Assembly (NCBI GenBank): GCA_963746905.1
Contig: CAVVCY010000001.1
Coordinates: 78,125 to 142,124, forward strand
DNA: 64,000 nt
Source of the DNA: an uncultured Acidobacteriota bacterium
Lineage (GTDB): Bacteria; Actinomycetota; Acidimicrobiia; Spongiisociales; ZC4RG35
Direction: 5' to 3'
Positions 9,683 through 19,021 of this stretch are shown in pieces (position 1 is the stretch's first letter; each line of letters starts with the position of its first letter). The translations under genes were made by a program, and so were the position numbers. Below the pieces are notes generated by a model, which saw nothing but the letters and a program-made list of their open reading frames with translations, had not been told where the DNA came from and made no database searches.

Positions 9683-10507
9683 GTGACCCCTGTGATCGAT
9701 GGAATCCACTTCGCCAGCACGGTGACGGTTGGCGGTTTTGAGTGGGTTGGAGACTTCACCACGATCGACCTGATCGCCGCCAGCACCAACGCTCTCAACG
9801 GTGCCCTGCTGGCGCGGCGGCCCGATCACTACAAGCAATTCACCGTCGTCGGGATCATCCTGATGGCAATCCTCGGTGGGCTCGGTGGCGGCATCACACG
9901 CGACGTGCTCGTCGGTGAGGTGCCAGGGGCGCTCACCAATCCGGCGTATCTATTACTCGCGATCGGATTCGGCTTCCTTGGGTATCGGCTGGCCTATTCG
10001 AAGGGCGAGCTCTTTCGGGAAGGGTGGTTCCAGTTCATGACCGCCTTCTCGCTTCCCTGGTACGCCATCGTCGGGGCGCAGAAGGGAGTCACGGTCGGTT
10101 TGCCAATACTCGGTTGCCTATTCCTCGCGGTCGTCGGCCCCACCGCCGGGCGTTATCTGATCGACGTGACGAGCGGGGTCACGCCGAAGCATTTCATTCG
10201 GGGCGAGTGGTTCGTAGTCACCGCGCTGCTGACCGGAGCCGTCTGGATCGTCGTCTATTGGGCCGGGGCGGGCACGTGGTGGGCCGCAGGGATTGCCTTC
10301 TCCGTGGGATTCCTATTCCGACTCCTTGCCCTCTACCGAGGCTGGGAGGAGCCGATGCCAGACGAGCCGACCGGCGTCCTCATCCACGCTGAGAAACGAC
10401 CTCTTTTCGGCCGCAAACTCCACGGCAAGTCGCATAAGGAGTTGGTCGACCTGGGTCTGGTTACAGAGGATCAGGGCCAGCCCCCATCGGCGGCACCGGC
10501 AAGCTGA
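9683..10507 (+). CDS. TRIC/UPF0126 (YadS-like) cation channel family membrane protein
   Basis: ORF 9626..10507. Two repeats with GGGITRDVL-type motif. Start uncertain; GTG 9683 preferred because of GGAAGGA upstream. Confidence 0.7.
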   Translation: MTPVIDGIHFASTVTVGGFEWVGDFTTIDLIAASTNALNGALLARRPDHYKQFTVVGIILMAILGGLGGGITRDVLVGEVPGALTNPAYLLLAIGFGFLGYRLAYSKGELFREGWFQFMTAFSLPWYAIVGAQKGVTVGLPILGCLFLAVVGPTAGRYLIDVTSGVTPKHFIRGEWFVVTALLTGAVWIVVYWAGAGTWWAAGIAFSVGFLFRLLALYRGWEEPMPDEPTGVLIHAEKRPLFGRKLHGKSHKELVDLGLVTEDQGQPPSAAPAS

Positions 10508-10519
10508 CCGGGAGGTGCG

Positions 10520-12109
10520 GTGAGCCATCCACAAGGTTCCGGCGAAGCCCCGGGCTCGACTGCCCCAGACGGGGGCAAGCGTGTCCTACTCACACTGATC
10601 CTGGTGGCGGCGGTGGCCAACCTGAACCTGTCGGTGGCGAACGTTGCGCTTCCATCGATCGGCGCCGCCTTCGACTCCTCGCAAACCGTGCTGAACCTGA
10701 TTGCTGTCGGATATTCGCTGGGCCTCGCCGCCTCCGTTCTCTACCTCGGTGCCGTTGGCGACCGGTATGGGCGCAAGATGCTGTTGCTGCTCGGGGTGTC
10801 GCTTGCGATCCCGGCGAGCTTGCTCGCCGCCTATGCCCCCAGTGACGAGATCCTGTTCGTCGCCCGTCTCATCGGGGGCATCTCGGCGGGAATGGCGTAC
10901 CCCACCACTCTCGCCTTGATCACCGCCCTTTGGTCGGGGCCGGCTCGGACCAAGTCAATTGCCCTCTGGTCGGGGAGCGGAGGCGCCATCGCCTCCATGG
11001 GTCCACTGGTGGCTGGTGCGCTCCTCCTCAACTTCTGGTGGGGCTCGGTATTCCTGATCACGCTGCCCCTGGCCGCGGTCGCCCTCTACATGGCCTTTCG
11101 CTTCGTCCCGAGCCATGTCAACGAGACCACAGAGCCCGTCGACAACTTCGGAGGGATCCTTTCGATCGTTCTGGTGTCGAGCATGATCCTTGCGATCAAC
11201 TTCGCACCGGTGCAGGGCGAGGCGACTCTCGTACTCTCTCTGGCCATCGTCGCCCTCGCCTCGGGTGTCGCCTTCGTCATCAGGCAGCGGCGCGCAGCCA
11301 GCCCTCTCTATGACCTGAAGATCGCAGGGCGTCGGATCTTCTGGGTCGCGGCAGTCGCCGGGATCATTGTGTTCGGTTCGTTGATGGGCGCCATGTTCAT
11401 CGGTCAGCAGTTTCTGCAAAATGTTCTTGGCTATTCCACACTCGAGGCGGGGGCAGCCATTCTGCCTGCGGCCTTGGCGATGGTGCTAGTGGCCCCTCGC
11501 TCGGCGAAACTCGTCGAGCGAAACGGTGCCCGAGCCACCCTGATGGTCGGCTACTTCTTCTGCCTCCTCGGATTTCTCACCATGTTGCTGATCTGGGAAG
11601 AGGGAGCCGCCTATTGGCAGGTCGGGCTGGGGTATGCGCTTTTGGGAATCGGAGTCGGATTTGCTGGTACCCCAGCTTCTCATTCACTCACCGGCTCGGT
11701 TCCGGTGAAGCGGGCCGGAATGGCTTCCGGTACCGCAGACCTGCAGCGCGACTTCGGCGGCGCCGTGATGCAGTCGATCTTCGGCGCCTTGCTCACCGCC
11801 GGGTATGCCGCGGCGGTGACAGTGGCGATCGGCTCGTCCCCGGAGCAAGCCCAGATCACTTCGAGCGTGCAGAGTCAGCTCACCAAGTCGTTCGCCAGCG
11901 CCGAGAGCGTGGCTCAGCAGTACCCCCAGTACGCCAGCGAGATCACGGCTGCAGCAAAGACAGCGTTTCTTCAAGGCGACGACTGGGCGTACATGGCCGG
12001 CATCATCGCTGTGCTGCTCGGAGCCGTCATCGTGTACTTCCTATTCCCGCGCAAGGACGGCGAGGCGCAACTACTCGCCGAGTACGCGGCCCAAGACGCC
12101 GCTGCCTAG
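10520..12109 (+). CDS. MFS transporter, 14-TMS DHA2 (EmrB/QacA-like) drug:H+ antiporter type
   Basis: 529 aa. GDRYGRKMLLL motif and about 14 hydrophobic segments. GTG start with GGGAGG RBS. Confidence 0.85.
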   Translation: MSHPQGSGEAPGSTAPDGGKRVLLTLILVAAVANLNLSVANVALPSIGAAFDSSQTVLNLIAVGYSLGLAASVLYLGAVGDRYGRKMLLLLGVSLAIPASLLAAYAPSDEILFVARLIGGISAGMAYPTTLALITALWSGPARTKSIALWSGSGGAIASMGPLVAGALLLNFWWGSVFLITLPLAAVALYMAFRFVPSHVNETTEPVDNFGGILSIVLVSSMILAINFAPVQGEATLVLSLAIVALASGVAFVIRQRRAASPLYDLKIAGRRIFWVAAVAGIIVFGSLMGAMFIGQQFLQNVLGYSTLEAGAAILPAALAMVLVAPRSAKLVERNGARATLMVGYFFCLLGFLTMLLIWEEGAAYWQVGLGYALLGIGVGFAGTPASHSLTGSVPVKRAGMASGTADLQRDFGGAVMQSIFGALLTAGYAAAVTVAIGSSPEQAQITSSVQSQLTKSFASAESVAQQYPQYASEITAAAKTAFLQGDDWAYMAGIIAVLLGAVIVYFLFPRKDGEAQLLAEYAAQDAAA

Positions 12110-12114
12110 CACGG

Positions 12115-12792
12115 TCAGAACAGGGCAGTCAGGCCCTTGAACAGGAAGATCCCGCCCAGCCCGAGTCCAACCACGATTTCAATGAGTCGGGTGCGTGCCA
12201 GGAGCCACTCGGTCATCCCGCCCAGAATGGCCTGTGAACGTTTCGGAGCGACAATCTGGAGGTCAATGGGAAGGTGATACGGGAGCAGCATGATGAAGAG
12301 GAAGGCGATGAGGACCACGACGACCGTGGCAACCCCGGGCGCAGGGTCGGCCAGTGGGATCTCCTTGAGCCCCGCGGCATAGACGACGAGTGCGTCTGAG
12401 TTGATCACCTGGACCGCTACGCCGAGCTTGAACAACGAGCCGAAGCCTGATGATGCGAATCCCTCCACGCGACGTCGCTGCGCCTCCTCCTTCTCGGGTG
12501 ATGGGTTGGAGAAGATCGCGACCAGTCCCAAGACCACGAACAGAGCACCGAGGATCGTGTCCACGATCGCCCCGAGGTCGTCACCGGCTGAATCCGCTCC
12601 GGCGGCCTCGGCGATAAGGAGGACAGCGATGGCAAACACCACGTCCAAGATCACTGCCCCTGAGACGAAGGCGAACCCGGCAGCGATCGGCCGCTTCGCC
12701 TTGGTGACGATCACCGCGGAGACCACCAACACGATCGGCGCAGCCGCCATCGCTCCCAACGCGTAGGGCAGCATCGAACTGAAGAGGCTCAT
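12115..12792 (-). CDS. GAP/Sap-like small multi-pass membrane protein
   Basis: ORF 12115..13002. The first 70 aa are R/P-rich junk. Start taken at ATG 12792 (MSLFSSMLPYALGAMAAAPIVLVV). 6 TM segments. Confidence 0.55.
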   Translation of the reverse strand: MSLFSSMLPYALGAMAAAPIVLVVSAVIVTKAKRPIAAGFAFVSGAVILDVVFAIAVLLIAEAAGADSAGDDLGAIVDTILGALFVVLGLVAIFSNPSPEKEEAQRRRVEGFASSGFGSLFKLGVAVQVINSDALVVYAAGLKEIPLADPAPGVATVVVVLIAFLFIMLLPYHLPIDLQIVAPKRSQAILGGMTEWLLARTRLIEIVVGLGLGGIFLFKGLTALF

Positions 12793-12958
12793 ACGGGAAA
12801 GCTTGTGGTGTTGTTCGGTGCGCTCATCGCATCTCGGTCCAAGGGCGAACCTACACGACGGGCTCTTGGGTGCCGTGACAGGGACCAGCGCCCACCGTTC
12901 GCCTCCGTAACCTAGATTCGCCACGCTCGCCCACGGTTTCGCTTCGACTCGGGAGGAA

Positions 12959-15334
12959 ATGATCAAATCGGTGACGGTCCAACGGGCCTCATATTTCGTC
13001 ACATCAGAGGGTCAGCCCCGCGTGCGAAGGACGAGCGACATCTTCAAGTCGGTTATCGGCCTGATCCTCGTCTTCTGGGCGGTAGTGAACTTAGACCAAG
13101 CGGCGGCATGGGATCTGGCCTTCGCGAAACTTGTTCAAGCAGGGCCAGCGTGGGTTAACACCCTGCTCGAGATCGGTTATGGGCTCAGCCTCATCTATCT
13201 GCTCCTCGTCATCGGAGCACTCGCGTTCGGGGGCAGAGAGAGGCGCCCCGCCCTCCGCGACCTTGCGATCGTGGCATTGGGCGCTGCGGTCCTGGTGACA
13301 CTCCTTTCGTTCCTGGTCAACGGGGAGTGGCCATATGTGTTACCAGAGATAGGTCTCGAAAGCCCCGCCCCTCGATTTCCTGTGCTCAGGGTGGCCATGG
13401 TCACGGCAGTTCTCCTTGTGGTCAGCCCACACGTCACCCGCCCGCTCCGTCGGTTCGGCTGGTTCGCGATTGTCACCACGGCCATCGCGTCGGTTGGCCT
13501 CAGCTATGGGACGCCCTCGCAAACGATCGGCTCGATCGGTGTTGGCCTGTTGTCGGCCGGTCTACTCCTTTGGATAGAGGGCTCCCCCCGTGGATACCCG
13601 GATCCCGACACGGTGAGGGCCGCGATGGAGAACCTCGGTGTGCCTGTTCGCTCACTCGAGATCGCGCCGTACCAGACCTGGGGGGTGATTCGATTTCTGG
13701 GCTTCGACGAGCTTGGGGATCGGGTCGAGATCAAGGCCCACGGGCGTGATGCCTTCGACTCGCAACTCGCAGCGAAGGTTTGGCATACGCTTTGGTACAG
13801 AGACTCGAGCCGCGCTGTCAGCTTCACCCGGCTTCAGGCCGTCGAGCACGAAGCCCTGATGACCCTGATGGCCGATCGGACTGGTGTGCCTGTGCCCCAA
13901 TTGGCTGCCGTGGGGAGCGCAACCTCGGAGATCGCCTTGATCTCGTTTCGATCTACCGGTACCACCCTTCGGGAGCTTGACCCTGAGGAGATCAGCGACG
14001 CCCTGCTGATCGAGGCCTGGTCGAATGTGGGCTCCCTGCATCAAGAGTCGATGAGCCACGGCTCGCTCGACACTTCGGCGATCGAGGTCAGAAATGACGA
14101 AGCAATCATCGCCAACTTTGCCCTCGGCTCCCTCGCGTCTGATGAAGGCGACCAGGCCAGCGACGTTGTCGAGCTTCTCTTTTCTCTCGCGGTCCTGGTT
14201 GGTGAGGATCGGGCGGTGGCGACGGCGCTCAGAGGTTTGGGCCGGGAACAACTCGTGGCAGCGCTGCCATATGTTCAGGTTCCAGCCGTGAGCCCGGCCA
14301 CGCGTCGGCTGGTTGAAAAGCCCAAGGACACCATCGCCTCGCTGAGCTCGAAGCTCGCGGAGGTGACCGGAGAGGAGATGCCAGATCCGGTCAAGCTGCG
14401 GCGGGTCACAGTGCGAAGCCTCGTCATGGGTGCTCTGGTGCTCTTGGTGGCATCGGCGCTGATCCCGCTGTTCACCAGTGTGGATTACGCCCAGATTTGG
14501 GACGTCTTGCAATCGGCGAATTGGTCCCTGCTAGTTGTGGCCCTGATATTCGGGCACAGTCAATTCTTCCCCCTCGCCACGGCAACCATGTTCGCCGTAT
14601 CGGTAAAGCTCCCTTTCTGGCCGGTACTCGTTCTTCAGACTGCGAGTCAATTCATAAGCCTCGCCATCCCAAGCGCCGCGGGGAGAGTTGCGATGAACAC
14701 CGCCTTTCTCCACAAGTTCGGCCTTTCGGTGACTGCGGCGGTGGTCCAGGGATCGATCGACGGCTTCACCGGGTTTCTGGTTCAGTCGGCCATCCTCATC
14801 GTGCTCTTGCTCTTCGGCGATGTCGACCTCGGACTCCAGATCGACGCCTCCGATTTGCCCTGGCTGGTGATCCTCGGGGTGGTGGCCCTGATCGCCGTTG
14901 GAACGGTGGTCGCCATACTCCGGATCAAGAAGCTTCACGATCGAGTCGTTCCAGTTGTCACGGAGGCGTGGCATGCCTTGGTGGTCGTACTCCGGCAGCC
15001 GTCACGGGCATTCGGGCTGTTGGGAAGCAACTTCGTCTACTGGAACGTGCTCGGGATCACGCTTTGGCTGATTCTTCGGGCGGTCGGCACCGATCTCGAC
15101 TACGGATCGGCTCTATTCGTCGCCACGGGCACCAGTCTGTTGGCCGGATTCATGCCTATCCCAGGTGGGGTTGGTGTCGCCGAAGCGACGATGGTTGCGC
15201 TTCTCGCTACTTTCGGTGTCGACCAGTCGACTGCTCTTGCAGTCACCGCCGTCTATCGGCTGATCACGTTCTACTTGCCGGCTTTGGAGGGCTTCTTCGG
15301 GACCCGCTGGCTCGAGCGCCACGGCTACGTGTGA
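12959..15334 (+). CDS. Large membrane protein: N-terminal TM bundle, central soluble domain, C-terminal flippase-like (LPG_synthase_TM/UPF0104) domain
   Basis: 791 aa; ATG with GGGAGGA RBS. The C-terminal ~330 aa are multi-pass with the GFMPIPGGVGVAEATMV motif typical of MprF-type flippase domains. Confidence 0.6.
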   Translation: MIKSVTVQRASYFVTSEGQPRVRRTSDIFKSVIGLILVFWAVVNLDQAAAWDLAFAKLVQAGPAWVNTLLEIGYGLSLIYLLLVIGALAFGGRERRPALRDLAIVALGAAVLVTLLSFLVNGEWPYVLPEIGLESPAPRFPVLRVAMVTAVLLVVSPHVTRPLRRFGWFAIVTTAIASVGLSYGTPSQTIGSIGVGLLSAGLLLWIEGSPRGYPDPDTVRAAMENLGVPVRSLEIAPYQTWGVIRFLGFDELGDRVEIKAHGRDAFDSQLAAKVWHTLWYRDSSRAVSFTRLQAVEHEALMTLMADRTGVPVPQLAAVGSATSEIALISFRSTGTTLRELDPEEISDALLIEAWSNVGSLHQESMSHGSLDTSAIEVRNDEAIIANFALGSLASDEGDQASDVVELLFSLAVLVGEDRAVATALRGLGREQLVAALPYVQVPAVSPATRRLVEKPKDTIASLSSKLAEVTGEEMPDPVKLRRVTVRSLVMGALVLLVASALIPLFTSVDYAQIWDVLQSANWSLLVVALIFGHSQFFPLATATMFAVSVKLPFWPVLVLQTASQFISLAIPSAAGRVAMNTAFLHKFGLSVTAAVVQGSIDGFTGFLVQSAILIVLLLFGDVDLGLQIDASDLPWLVILGVVALIAVGTVVAILRIKKLHDRVVPVVTEAWHALVVVLRQPSRAFGLLGSNFVYWNVLGITLWLILRAVGTDLDYGSALFVATGTSLLAGFMPIPGGVGVAEATMVALLATFGVDQSTALAVTAVYRLITFYLPALEGFFGTRWLERHGYV

Positions 15335-15371
15335 GGAGGCGAGAAATCGTGATCATCTTTGAGCGTTTGGA

Positions 15372-15650
15372 CTAAGGGCTTCGAGTCACTCCGTTGATCC
15401 GATCCAACAGCTCGTGGTCCACTATGGCCTCGTAGTCAGGGTGCCGTTTGATCCATGCTGCGATGAAAGGGCACAGCGGAACGATGGTCCCGCCTTGTGC
15501 CTTGACATCGTCCAATGCGAAACGAGCCAGGGCCGCTCCCACCCCTTTGCCTCCGTGGGCGGAGTTGACTTCGGTGTGGACAAAGATGTGACGCCCGGCC
15601 CGAAGTTGATAGACGGCGATCGCCACCACCTGCCCATCGACCTCGGCCAC
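15372..15650 (-). CDS. GNAT family N-acetyltransferase, small YjdJ type
   Basis: HTEVNSAHGGKGVGAALARFALDDVKAQGGTIVPLCPFIAAWIKRHPDY. The ORF-track start is GTG 15650 without RBS; an in-frame extension reaches an ATC at 15722 preceded by AGGAGA (see findings). Confidence 0.7.
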   Translation of the reverse strand: MAEVDGQVVAIAVYQLRAGRHIFVHTEVNSAHGGKGVGAALARFALDDVKAQGGTIVPLCPFIAAWIKRHPDYEAIVDHELLDRINGVTRSP

Positions 15651-15798
15651 ATAGCGGTGCTGATCGGGATCGTCCCGAAACTCAACTTCGAGCGATTCTT
15701 CATTCCTGGAATCAGTGGTGATGCTGAGTCTCCTGCCTCGACTTCATGGTGCGAACTTAAACAGGTCGTACGCTACGGGTCGTCGTTGCTTTCAATCT

Positions 15799-16287
15799 GT
15801 GTCAACACAGGAAGGCGACCTGGTTCAGGATCAGACCATTGCAGAGGGCTTCACGCAGTTCGTGGCCACCAACGAACAGAAGCTGCGCAACGCCTTAACC
15901 GCCTGTTTGGGAATCGACACCGGTAAGGATGCGGCGGCCGAGGCCCTGGCCCACGGTTGGGAACATTGGGAACGGGTCCAGGCGATGGAAAACCCCCTCG
16001 GTTATCTGTACGTAGTGGGTCGTAGCCGCGGGAGAAGGATGCGGCGCTCTCGACGCATCGTCTTTCCCAGCCCCACCGAAGAGCGCACTCCTTGGATCGA
16101 GCCCGGTCTGCCTCGAGCCTTGGCCACCCTGCCCGAACGGGAGCGGATCGTCGTGATCTTGCTTTACAGCTACGACTGGGCGATGAGTGAGGTTGCCACC
16201 ACCCTCGGGATTTCGAAGAGCACGGTGCAAACCCATGCCGATCGGGGCATGGGCAAGTTACGACGCAAGTTGGGGGTGAACCGATGA
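15799..16287 (+). CDS. ECF sigma-70 family factor
   Basis: ORF 15715..16287. Region 2 (AEALAHGWEHWERVQAMENPLGYLYVVG) and region 4 (LPERERIVVILLYSYDWAMSEVATTLGISKSTVQTHADRGMGKLR). Start uncertain; GTG 15799 preferred. Confidence 0.75.
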   Translation: MSTQEGDLVQDQTIAEGFTQFVATNEQKLRNALTACLGIDTGKDAAAEALAHGWEHWERVQAMENPLGYLYVVGRSRGRRMRRSRRIVFPSPTEERTPWIEPGLPRALATLPERERIVVILLYSYDWAMSEVATTLGISKSTVQTHADRGMGKLRRKLGVNR

Positions 16288-17546
16288 GCCTCGACCTGAG
16301 ACGTGATCTCCACGAGTACGGCGATTTCATGGAGGAAACTCAGGGCTCGCTCACCGTCGAGCAGATTCTGAAGCAGTCCGGTGCGATCCAGGTGATCCCC
16401 GACGACGAGATGGATCCACACCACGACCTGGTCCGGCGGAGATGGGCCGCGGTGCTCGCCGTGGCTGCGATCTTGCTCACCGTTGCTGTGGCTCTAGTCC
16501 TAGGTGCTCTGCGTAACGATGTTCCCCCGGTGGATTCGGTGACGACGGTCCCGACGTCCACACCGAGCAGTCTTCCGGAGAGCGCGAACGCAGGCACCCT
16601 GGACACGCCGATGGGCACCTTCGATTGGTGGCAGCTCACCGGAGTCGATCCCGAGGTGCCACCGCCGAGCTGGCTGGTGAAGGGCCCTTCCGGTTACTCC
16701 CTGATCCACGGTCCTTGGGGAACGGGTCTGGAGTATTGGCAATCGGCAGACGGGAAAGCGTGGACCCCTGCGCCGTTGCCGGGGTTCGAGGGGGATGCTG
16801 CCTGGGTTGAGAAAATCGCCGGTGACTACTGGCTGTCGACGAATTCCCCGTCTCTCTGGCGTTCCGAAGACGGAGGCACCTGGGTCCAAGTTCCGTTGCC
16901 ATCGGGGTACAGCCAGACGCCATACCAGGCGCTCCAGGAGGTGAACGGTGCTTTGTGGTTGACCAGCGACGACCCAGTGGGCGTCTGGCGTCTTGACGAG
17001 ACGAGTTGGACAGCCCTGGATACAGGTCCGATCGCGCCGGGGACGTCACGCAGCTCAATGGGTCGACTGGTGTGGAGGGAGGGCCGGCAGTTGCGGGCGA
17101 GATCACGGTCGTTCCATTGGATTTCGACACCCTCAGCGTGTTCGACTCGAATGGGCAGGGGGTGATGGTCACACGGCCATGGGACCAGTTACGCAACGAA
17201 TCGGCAGACGGGTTCGCTCCACAAGTAACCGTCCTTGCCGCCGGTGGCCAGTTCCTCGCCTATGTCGACAAGTTACGAGTGTCCCCCGCCCCCGTCCCCC
17301 GCCGGTTGTGACCCTAGTGATCGGCTCCAGCCGACAATCGAGATGTGGACCTCACCCGATGGCGTCAGCTGGGCCGGCCCGACCCGGCCCGGATTCCTTC
17401 CGGATGAGGGTGGCGGCTACGGGATGTTCCGGACCGATGGCGACCTGGTGATCGCCGAGGTGTACGAGCCGTTGGGCGGTTCGGGTCAAGTGTGGATTTC
17501 CGAGGACGGGATCAGCTGGTCAGCCACCGGGATCTCTGGTCATTGA
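16284..17546 (+). pseudogene. Single-pass anti-sigma candidate with extracytoplasmic BNR/Asp-box repeats, interrupted by two apparent frameshifts
   Basis: ATGA overlap with the sigma stop. TM helix WAAVLAVAAILLTVAVALVLGAL. Repeats SADGKAW, SEDGGTW, SPDGVSW, SEDGISW. The coding-like signal moves frame 0 (16284..~17038), frame 2 (~17038..~17290), frame 0 (~17290..17546). Confidence 0.55.
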
Positions 17547-17725
17547 TTGCGATTGACGCGACCCGACACGCGGATACGTGTGGATCTTGGGGCCAACGGG
17601 ATCGAGGCGCGGGTCGTGGAACTGAGGACTCGACGCAATCGGGACCAAGGATATGGGGGTGCGGAGCAGGCAGGGACTGAGACGTCATTGGAACGCGAGT
17701 CTACAGGTCCGACGCTGGGGACGGA

Positions 17726-18874
17726 TTGTGGGTATTGAGGGATGAGGTCCCCTGGTCTGGCACGATTTGCCGATCCTCACCCTGCTCTACCGCAGCTGTC
17801 CTTCCGCAACATCGTCAGGCGACGGATCGGCTGCCGAGGGGCATTGCCGGTGACACAGCCGGAGGCTGCCCGGTCCGGTGCCCGGGGCCAGTCGGCGCTT
17901 TGGGCTGGACGCAGGTCACACCACCGTCGGGTGTGGGGCAGGTGGAGGAGGTGTGGGCGATGACAGGCGGTGGCTACGCCCTGTGGACCAGGAGCGAGAT
18001 CTGGACGTCCGCGGATGGGATCGAGTGGGGGTTGTCGGCAACTACACCGGACCTGGTTGAGCTCTCGCCAGAACCACGCTCGGTGATCGACTTTGGCGAT
18101 GGATGGCTGGTCGTCGGTGGGGACTCGGAGCGCGACCCGGTGGTTGCGTACAGCACAGATGGTGCCACCTGGGAGACGACACCGCTGTCCGAAACCAGGG
18201 GACATCCCCTGATGATCGCGGCCTCGCCTTCCACGACGGTCGTGATTGGGCTCTCTTCTGTGTCGAATCGAGTTGCGGTGGTCTGGATCAGCCACGACGG
18301 CCGAACGTGGGATCGCGCTGCCGAGATCGCCGAATCGGATGGTGGGCCCCTGCACCCAGAACGGCTTGTCTTCACCGGGACCGAATTCGTGATGCAGGCG
18401 GCTCTCGCTGAAACATCCCACTTCCCCAAGATGTGGCGATCCACGGACGGTGAGAGTTGGGCCGAGGCCGAGGAGTGGAGGTACTCCCATGGCATGAACT
18501 ATGACGGTCGGGGCGGCGTGGTAGCACTGACGACTTTCGGTGGCGAGCCGCTTGTGCTGCAAAGAGACTCAAGTAGGGGGTTTGGGTACATGGACACCTT
18601 TGAGGATTCGACGTTCTCGGGTTGGCCCTCAGCCTTGCCCGAGGCAATTTCCGTCGAACCCATCGGGGGCGGGCTAGGTCTCATCGTGGCTTCGGCGACG
18701 GACCTCTGGTTCACCACGACCGGCGAAGTGTGGAGCAGCCAACGCCTCGACGACGTTTTTGGATCCGCCGGGGCAATGACGGGCGCCGCGGTGTCCGACG
18801 TTTCGGTGCTCGTTGCATTCTCGCCCAACAGTGGTGAGCCCTTCGAGCTTTGGCTGGGCGAGCCGGCCGAGTGA
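17726..18874 (+). CDS. BNR/Asp-box repeat (sialidase-like beta-propeller) protein; N-terminus uncertain
   Basis: Repeats SADGIEW, STDGATW, SHDGRTW, STDGESW. The first ~60 aa of the ORF are R/P/C-rich and may be off-frame. Confidence 0.6.
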   Translation: MWVLRDEVPWSGTICRSSPCSTAAVLPQHRQATDRLPRGIAGDTAGGCPVRCPGPVGALGWTQVTPPSGVGQVEEVWAMTGGGYALWTRSEIWTSADGIEWGLSATTPDLVELSPEPRSVIDFGDGWLVVGGDSERDPVVAYSTDGATWETTPLSETRGHPLMIAASPSTTVVIGLSSVSNRVAVVWISHDGRTWDRAAEIAESDGGPLHPERLVFTGTEFVMQAALAETSHFPKMWRSTDGESWAEAEEWRYSHGMNYDGRGGVVALTTFGGEPLVLQRDSSRGFGYMDTFEDSTFSGWPSALPEAISVEPIGGGLGLIVASATDLWFTTTGEVWSSQRLDDVFGSAGAMTGAAVSDVSVLVAFSPNSGEPFELWLGEPAE

Positions 18875-19021
18875 AAACCGACATGACTGCCGTGAGACCG
18901 TCTCGTATTCGGAGGGCACTCGTTGCTGTGGCCGTTTACCGCGATGTGCGACGAGGGATATGTGGGTCCTGGGACTCGAAAGGAATCAGATGGCGAAGCC
19001 AAGAGCAGGAGGTCTGACGTC

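Noticed and set aside
15723-15798. ECF-type autoregulatory promoter (GGAAC-N16/17-CGT) upstream of the second sigma gene, and a similar GAAAC-N17-CACG upstream of the third sigma (36524..36580).
   Set aside because: Only loose partial matches with wrong spacing or non-consensus -10 elements. This is not strong enough to report as a feature.
17547-17738. 63-aa ORF and neighbouring small ORFs (17492..17680, 17742..17963) between the two Asp-box genes as real genes.
   Set aside because: No frame is clearly coding-like, there is no RBS, and the translations are R/G-rich. This is probably degraded or intergenic sequence linked to the disrupted Asp-box locus.
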